Source: Dubosiella newyorkensis
GTDB lineage: Bacteria > Bacillota_I > Bacilli_A > Erysipelotrichales > Erysipelotrichaceae
Length of the DNA: 32,000 nucleotides
Direction of reading: 5' to 3'
NCBI RefSeq assembly: GCF_001945605.1
Contig: NZ_MPKA01000067.1
Location: 89,519-121,518, forward strand
The position numbers and the translations under genes were made by a program. Position 1 is the first letter of the stretch; each line of letters begins with the position of its first letter. This document shows positions 17,289-26,200 of the stretch, in pieces. The notes under the pieces were generated by a model. That model was not told the origin of the DNA. It saw only the letters and a program-made list of their open reading frames with translations, and did not search any database.

Positions 17289-20200
17289 TTAAAGGATATC
17301 CTTTCTCTTTTTCCAAAGGAGTCCAATGCCCAACAAGCTCAAAATAAGCAGGCTTGTCCATGCAAGATGGTTGGTTTGAGCGGCCGTGTTGGCGCTTGTC
17401 GGTTTGGTTGGCGTGCCGTTTTTCGAAGAGGCCGGCGTACCAGGCTCTACGGAAACGGTGACTTCATTGGTAGGAACGCGCTGATCTTGATAGAGCAGGA
17501 CGCCCGTGTTGATCCAGGCGCTGTTTTGAGTCACGACTGGGATCTTCACTTTAAAGGATACATCGACGCTTTCGTCAGGAGCGAGGTGATCGATCTTCCA
17601 TCTCACGATACCGTTTTCGATCGTTCCATCATGATCGATCGAGTTAGGAACAAAGCGAAGTCCTTGCGGAATCGCGTCTTTGACTTGCAGATCACGCACT
17701 TCTTCTTTTCCTCGATTCTGGATGCGGAGGATGTAGGTGATCGTATCGTCGATATGCGCTTTGATCCGGATCTTGGATGGTGTTCCATCGTTGTGGGCTT
17801 GCAGCTTTTCGATCGTGATATTTGGTTCTTCTTTTGGCGTTTCGATCTCGACTTCATTGGATGGAGTCGGCTCGTCTGGACGGGTCGATTCGCTCGCCTG
17901 CGCGATATTTTTCCAAAGTCCATCTTGAGCTGGGACTTCGATCGCGAAAGAGACGGTTCTTTCTGTTCCTGTCTTCATCGTGCCTAAATGCCATGTGATC
18001 GTGCCGTTTTCCACCACGCCATCGTCGGATACGCTGCCTTCGACAAGGATCAATCCGCTCGGTATCGTATCAGAGACGACCACATCGTTGGCATCGGCCT
18101 GTCCTGCGCTTGTGACTTTGATAAAGTAGGTGACGATATCTTTTTCATCGACGCTCAGCTTGTCTTTCGTTCGATTGCCTTCATTGCGTTTTTGCGATTT
18201 TTCGATCTTAAGGCTTGGAGCGAACGTTTCGACTTCGACTGGTGGCGTCTTCTTTGGTTCTGGTTCTTCGTCATCGTAAGCGGAGGCGACATTGATCCAT
18301 CGCGTATATTCTTTGACGGCTGGCACTTTGACTTGGAACGACACCGTTTTCTTTTCCTTAACGTTCAGGTTGGCGATCTTCCATGTGATCATACCCTCTT
18401 TTTCTTGGCCTTGATCGCTGATCGAGTCTTGAACAAGGCTCAAACCGTCTGGAACGATATCTTCGATGACGACATTGTGGACGGCCAGGTTTCCTTTGTT
18501 TTCGACGTCGATTTCATACGTGATCGTGTCCCCGGCTTTGGCTTGAAGCCTGCTTTGGGTGAAGGAGCCTCCATTTTTCGCTTGGCGTTTGAGGATTTCT
18601 AGATTTGGCGTATTGATCTCGATTTCGACTGGCGGCGTTTTGAATGGTTCTGGTTCGTCAGGATGACTGAGGCTTGCGATATTTTCCCAGCGAGTCGCCT
18701 CTTTGATGTCTGGAACTTTGACTTTGAACCACACTTCTTTTTCTTCGTTTGGTTCCAATGTACCGATGTTCCAAATGATCTCTCCTGTTTCAGAGCGTTC
18801 ATATGGATACGTTGGATCGATTTCCACAAGCTGCAGATCGCCATTTTCATGGGTCGGGATCGAGTCTTTGATCTGCACGTCATGGGCTGGCAGCGCGCTT
18901 TTATTGGTCGCTTTCAAATAGTAGGTGACAATATCTTGCGCTTTTCCATGAAGCAATTCTTTGTGCCGGTCTCCCTCGTTGAGTTTATGTTCTTTTTCAA
19001 GAACGACTTTTGGCGCGTCGGTCTCGACTTCGACTTTATTGGATGGGATATCGACTGGATCGCCTGTCTCTGGATTGTTTGGATTGTTGTCGTAATGCGT
19101 TTGGGCGCCATTCTCCCATAGTGTGTATTCCATCACGCTTGGAAGCTTCACCGTGAAGGTCACGGTTTTGGATTGTCCGATCTTGAGATCGCCGATTTTC
19201 CATGTGATCGTTTGCGTTTGCTTGTCGTACGATCCGTTGTCGCTTGCTTCTTGATAGTTCAAGAAGAGCGTGTGGGTTTTCTTATCGCTTGGTAGCGTGT
19301 CTTCAATGACGACATTTTTGGCGATCGCTTTGCCGGTGTTCGTAACCGTTAAACGATAGGTGAGCGTTTCGCCTATTTTCCCTGTGCGTCTTTGGGTCGT
19401 GAAGTCTGGATCGCTTTCGAGCTTTTGGTCTTTGAAGATCGTTAGTGCTGGCACATCGGTGGCGACTTCGACTTCATTGGAGTCTTTTGGCTCTTCCTCT
19501 TCATAGACGAGAGTGGCGATATTTTTCCAAGTCGTTTTTTGATCGACTTTTGGCACTTCGACGCTGAACGAGACTTGTTTGGTTTCTTCTGCTTCGATCG
19601 CGCCTAGATTCCAAAGGATCTGTTTTGTTTCTGGATCATAGATGCCTTGGTCGCTGATCGTATCTTGTTTCAATTCCAGTCCATTTGGCACGACATCTTT
19701 TACAAACACGTTTTCGATGGTATGCAGGCTTGGATTGTGGATCTTGAGCGTGTAGGTGACTAGATCGCCAGATTCAACAGCTTGGAATTGTTTTGTCATT
19801 TCTTGGTTGTTGATGGCTTGGAATTTTTCGATGTTCAATTCTTTGACGATCGTTTCGATATGGACCGTATTCGATTGTTTTGGCTCTTCGCCTTCGGCTT
19901 GCACGCTTCCTGTATTTGGCCAACGGGTGTCTTGTTCGACGATCGGCACTTGGATCTGGAACGATACGATTTTCGTTCCGCCTTTGGCTGGTAGTGTTCC
20001 AACATTCCAGCGCAGCGTGCGCGTCGCTTCGTCATACTTTCCTTCGTTGAAGGCTTTGACAAAGAGAAGGCCCTCTTCGATCGTATCGTTCACGATCACG
20101 TTTTTGGCTTCTTCTTCTCCTGTGTTGGTCACGACAAGATCGTAGGTGACTAGATCGCCAGGTCGTACTTGGAGCGGGTCGATACCATCATAGCGGATGT

Positions 20201-23200
20201 CTTGGCCGACAGATTCATATTTATGAATGCTCACATTTGGCTTGGCTGGTTCGGTTTCGACCGTCACTTTGTTAGATGGTTCTGGATCGATTTCGTCGGA
20301 TCTTACATAGGCGATGTTGGTCCACGTGTTGGATTGGTCGACTTTTGGCACTTGGACTTGGAATGTGAGCGTGCGGCTCGTTTGGGCGGCTAGATCGCCA
20401 ATATTCCATGTGATATTGCCTTCCTCATCGAGTGTGGCATCGACGAGCGACTGTTCTAAAAGGATCAGTCCATCTGGCACGTGGTCGGAAACGATCACGT
20501 TTTTAGCGATCGCATCTCCTGTGTTTTTGATCGTGAGCTTATAGGTCACGATATCGTTTGTTTCCACAGTTTCTTGATCACGTGTGAAGTTTTTGAAGTT
20601 GATCGATTGTTCTTTTTCGATCGAAAGTTGTGGTTTCTGGTCGATATTTTTATACGTGTTGGTGAATACGATCGTGTCGTTGGCTAATGGCTGATCGTTC
20701 ATATCGGTGTACTGGATCGAGTCGACGTGCAGCGTGCCCGAGCGCTGCGTGACGTTCACGATCGCTTTATAGTGGGTGGTTTCGTAGCTCATGCCCGAAA
20801 TTTGGTTGTTGATTTCTTGGATCTCATAGACGTAGCGTCCTGGCTTCGTGTAGGTGATCGCATCGAATTCGAAGCGTCCAAAGGCGTTATTTGTTGTTGT
20901 CGTTCTTTCTGGCAGCGGCGTGTCTTGGGCTGGCATCGTTTCGATTTCTTTCAGGCGTGTTGGCAGCTTGAGTTTTTTCTGCGCTTCATTTGGCGTGCTT
21001 CCGTTTCCCGTTTCTTCGATTGGCAAAGACGAACGATAGATGTGGAAGCTTTCGTCGAGTGGTTCTTCTTCGAATTCTTCTTGTTCGCTTGGCTCGTTTT
21101 GGATCGTTTGTTCCGTGTTTTCGAGCGATCTTTGACTTTCTGTTTCGGTTCCGATCGCCGAGATCTTGAACTGGAATTCTTGGCCTTTCATTTCGAAGAA
21201 GTCGCTGGCTGGATCCATGGTTTTGAATCCATGGATCTTCGCGTTGTCGGTGCTTGGTTTCAGGTTTCTGAATGTGACTTGCGCGTCTATGCCATTCGAG
21301 ATCGTTCCTTTGGCGCTACCGATCGTGTCGATGTGTAGATATTTATCGATCCAGCGATCTTTCGTGCGTTCCTCGATCGTATATGTGGCTTGTTGCCCTA
21401 GGCCATACACGATGAGGGTTTCCTCGTGTTTGAGCGAGAATTCCACTTTTCCATTGGCGTCGAGTTGGATCGTTTCCTCTTCGATCGTATTGGAGGTGAG
21501 GCGCTTGGTTTCTAGTGTTTGATTGGCGAGCACGGTTCCTAGATCGAGTTCGAATGGGAATTCAAAGTTGATGTCGGTTTCATCGAGTGTTTGGCCAGTG
21601 CCTGGGATCAATTGTTTGCTGATTCTTAAGCCGGCGTCGTTTGTAAAGACATGGTCTTGTTCTCGATTTTTTTCTTCGACGCGCAAAGTTCCATTTTCAT
21701 CTTTGACTTCGAGCATGTATTCGATCGGATCGAGCGCGTATTGGATCGTCTCATCTTTTCCTTCGACTTCTTGGATCGTCACGGAGTAGAGGCCTGGCTG
21801 TTCGAATTCGATGAGGGCAAAATTGATCGTTCCATCGGCGTTGTTTTTGGCTTGGCGATCGAAGGCGATCGTTGGATCGTCCACTTTTTCGACGTGCATC
21901 TTGAATTGGTAGGCGTCTTCTTGTAGCGAAGCGCCTAGAAGTTGTTTAAAGAGCGTTGGTCTCCAAGTTCCGCTTGGCTGGTACGTGTTGGTGAACTGGA
22001 TTGAGTCGACAATATTGTCTTCCGCTTTATTTTGTTTATAGATGGTCGGTGTGGCTTCCAAGTTCCCGTTTTCGTACGTGACTTGGATCGAGATCACATA
22101 TTCTTCGCTTGAATATTTGATGTGTTCGATCGAGCCTCGATGTTCTTTGACTACGTACTCGAACGTCTTTCCTGCGTGGCTTTGGTCAAAGATGATTGGG
22201 TCGAATGTCGTATTGACGATATGGGCGCCATTTCCTTGCACGCTCACTTGTTCATGTTCTGGCATTGGCGCCTCTGGCGTGATCGCTTCGAGTGTGAAGA
22301 CGAATTGATCAGTGGCTTCCATTGGGCGTCCGATCATGTTTTTGGTGACTGGGATCGCATAGCTTTCTTCTGGTTTGTAAGTATTGGTGAAGCTGATCGT
22401 TTCAACGTTTGTTGTCGGATTGGAATACGTTGGTTCCACGACAAGGGTTCCATTTCCTTGACTGACTTTGACTTGAACGGTGTATGTGGCAGGATCGTAG
22501 TTCATGCCAGATAGGCCGGTCGAAAGCTCTTTGATCGTATACGTATAGTCTCCTATTTTGGTGTAGGTGATCGGCGCGAATGTCGCTTCTACTTCGTTTC
22601 CACTTGTTGGCAAGATGGAAAGGATCGGATTGGTTGGCATTGGCGCGTCCTTTTCTCCTGTAATCTCAAATAAGAATCGATCGCCTTGGGTGAACGTTCT
22701 TCCTTCTAGTTTTTTCGTGACAGGAATTCGCAAGGTTCCTTTTGGCTGATACGTATTCGTGAAGGCGACTGGAGCGTCTTCGTTCACAACGGTTTCATTT
22801 TCTTTCACATCGAATGTGATCGTGGATCCTTCAAGTTTTGGCGTGAGTGTGATCGTATGGATTTGTGGATCATAGTTCATGCCTTGTTCTGTTCCGGCGA
22901 TCTCGTCGATCAAGAAGGTGTAAGACTGTCCTGTATCGACTTTGGTGAATGGGCCGATTTCAAAGCGGGCTTTGGATAAAGCTAGTTTTCCATCGACTAC
23001 TTGGGCGCTGATCGTTATTTCATCCTTGTCTGGAAGGAATCGTCTTGATTGCGCATTTCCTCGAATACGGAATGTAAAATTGTCCGATGCCAAAACTTCA
23101 CGTCCTTCGATCGTCTTTTCGATCGGGATGATCGTAGTGGCTGGAAGGACCGCGGTGTTTGTAAAGACGACTGGTGGTGTTCCTTCTTGGATCGTGCTTG

Positions 23201-26200
23201 TGATCGTTCCATTCGTGTTTTCAGCTTGAACGTTTACCGTATAAATGTTCGTATCATAGAGCATGTCTGGATCGTTTCCAGCTTGTTCCATAATCTTGTA
23301 GGTGTAGGTCCTTTTTGTATTGACTGGGACTTGCGTGTCATCGAGCGGGATCTCGAATTTTCCCGTTTCTTGTGCCATTTCCAAGATCTTGTTTTCAGGA
23401 AGCGGCTGTCCTTCTTCCCCTTGGATCTCGAAGCGGTAGATGTCCGTTCCAAATTCTTTGTTTACGAGTTTCTTTTTGACTGGGATCTCGATCTTGCCGA
23501 TCGCATGATAGGTGTTGGTGATCATTAATGGCTGCGAAGATGAGATTGGAACGAGTTTTTCTTCTCCGTTTTCCATTTGTACTTCATGCAGGTCGACTTG
23601 GAGTTTTCCATCCGCATTTAAGTTAACGGAAGCGCGTACTTTCCGTTCGCTTGTATCGTAGTCGACTCGTTCTAGATCTCCTTTTTCTTCTTGGATCGTG
23701 AAATCATACGATTTTCCTACATCTTTGAGTGTAAATTCTCCAATGTTGAAGGCGCCTTTCGTGTCTTTTGTTAGATCGATCGTCAGTTTTGATGGGGATT
23801 TGATCTTGGATTGAGAGTTTTCATCGCCTCGAATGTGGAATGTAAAGAGGTCTTCTGCTTGAGCTGTTCTTCCATTCAATGTTTTTTGGATTGGGATCGA
23901 TGCGGTGATTGGATCCACTTTGGTGTTGATGATTTCGATCGGATTCGTGTCGACCATTTCCGTTACGATTTCATCTTTTTTCGTCGTTTCATTGGTTTTG
24001 ACTTGCGCGTGAACCTTCACAGTATACAGTTTCGTTTCATACCGCATATTTGGATCGGTTCCCACTTTTTCCTGAATCGTATAGACAAAATCTTTTGATT
24101 CATTTTTAGGCACATCCGCTTCGGTCAAAGGAATCACGAATGTATTTGTTGCTGTGCCTGTGCCTTCTTTTCCTAAGATCGTCAAGACCGGATTGGCTGG
24201 CATTGGCGCGTTGCCCTCTCCTTTTAGAACGAATTCATATTCCGTTTTTCCATCGAATGTAGTGTTCTGCAATGTCTTGCTGACTGGAATTTCAATTTGT
24301 CCAATCGATTGGAAGGTGTTTGTAAAGAGGACTGGATCGTTATTCGAGAAAGGTTGTTTATTTTCTCCATCCATCGTGTAGACTTCGGCTTTCAGCTGTT
24401 TTCCGGAATCGCTTTCCATCAATGAAATGTCCATGTGTACTTCGGCTTTATGGGTATCATACAACAACTGCTCGATGGATCCGGCTGCTTCGCTGATCGT
24501 AAAGACATAATTTCCTACGTCTGTGCGGTCAAGCTCTTTAAACTCAAAGTTGGCTTGATCCGTTCCTGTTTTGGATTGAATCGAGATAATATCTCTTGCG
24601 ACAAGTTCTTTTACTGGTTTTGGATTTCCTTCTTTGTCTTCGATTTTAAAGAAGAATTCGTCACCGGCTTGTATCTCTCTTCCCACTAAATTCTTCTGGA
24701 TAGGAAGTGCCATATTGATTGGCTGGATGTAATCGTTGGTAAACTCGATTGCGGCTTCCTTACCACTTTCATCGGTCATCGTGGAAGTGGCTACGAGTTT
24801 TCCACTCTCCGCATCTTGGCTCACATGAACTATCACCGTGTATTTGGCTTTAGAGTATTCGACATTTTCTTCGTTGCCTGCTTCTTCCGTGATCGTATAG
24901 GTATTGTCTTTATTGATATGTGTCGAATCAAATTCGATTGGCGCGAATTGCCCGGTCAATGTGCTGGTAGCGATTGGCGTCGCGGTTCCGCTTTCACTCA
25001 CGTTTTGAAGTGTGATCGTATCCTTTTCTGGCATTGGCGCGCCCGCTTGTCCCGCAATTTTAAACCGATACGTTTCTTTGCCGTTAAATTCTCGTCCTGT
25101 CATCTTTTTGGTGACTGGAATTTGAACGAGCGCGATTTGTTTTGCGGTATTGACAAAGTCGACCGTCACCTTTTTATTGTCGGTTGTGTTGGCAACGATC
25201 GTGCCGGAAGCCGATTTTAAAGCGGTATTTCCATTGATGCTTTCGACATCAAAATGAAGGTCGCCGGCTTCCGTAATGAGCGTTTCCTCATTGACTTCAT
25301 ATTTGGTGTCTGCCGGAATGTTGTATAGTGTCAGTTCATCGTCTTTTTTCAGATCGAAAGTATACGTTCCGTCTTTTCCGATTTCTTTTTCTCCTGTTTC
25401 TTGTTTTCTAGGTTCAGCTGACGGATTTTCCGATTTTGTTCCTCGTTTTAAAATGTATGGAACTTTTGTCAGTTTCCTGCCTTCTGGAGGAGTGAGCGTG
25501 ACATGGAATCGGAACGCTTCATCAGTGGTGGCTGAATTTGTCGCGAGCGCTTTGGTCAGCACAAGAATTCCTGGATCTTCCGCGTTAATAAATTTAACGT
25601 AGTTTTCTCCTTTAATTAAATTGGCGAATTGTTTTCCTTCCTGGTACTCGCCTTGTTTCAGTCCTTCATCGATCGTTCCACTCAGGAAGGTCGTTGAAAT
25701 ATCATTCGTACTTGTTAAATCGGTTTTGTTTCCGCTATGATCGATCTTCTTAATTTCTTGGATATCGTATTTATAACCGCCGTTTTTCGTACCTGTTTCG
25801 CCTGGACCCAATCGTGGCAATCCGGTAATCAACGCTTTTTGAGCGTCCTTCAATTTGAATGTTTCTCCGTTGGCGATGTATTTTGGTAAAGAAGAATCGT
25901 TAATGAGAGTGTCTTCTGTCGTTCCATCGGCTTTTTTCGTGACATTATAAAACTCGATGGCGTATTTGTTGTTTAAGGATCCACCATTTGGATCTTCTAA
26001 ATTCAGTTGGAATTCATACCGATCATCGGTTGGCGCGACGGATCCTGCCGCTTCGGAACGTTTTACTTCTTTTTCAACCATGATTTGGCCGTTCATCGCG
26101 GTTTCTTCCATATCCAGTTCCTGGAACGGAACGGAAAAGCGCATATAGCACGATGAACCAGACGCTCCACGCTCTAAATAGTAGACCGCCAGCTGATAAT

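Noticed and set aside
17367-21338. Several long plus-strand ORFs (e.g. 206 aa at 17367-17987, 204 aa at 17988-18602, 203 aa at 20727-21338) antisense to the adhesin gene
   Set aside because: Their translations are low-complexity (R/F/D/W-rich) with no recognisable domains and no RBS. They lie entirely inside a minus-strand CDS that is supported by repeated, recognisable protein domains. The GATC-rich codon usage suppresses stops on the antisense frames.
17445-25145. Approx 390-400 nt periodicity considered as a CRISPR array or satellite
   Set aside because: The units are far longer than CRISPR repeats, have no unique spacers, are in frame within one ORF, and are conserved at the protein-motif level rather than the DNA level. 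They are protein-domain repeats.
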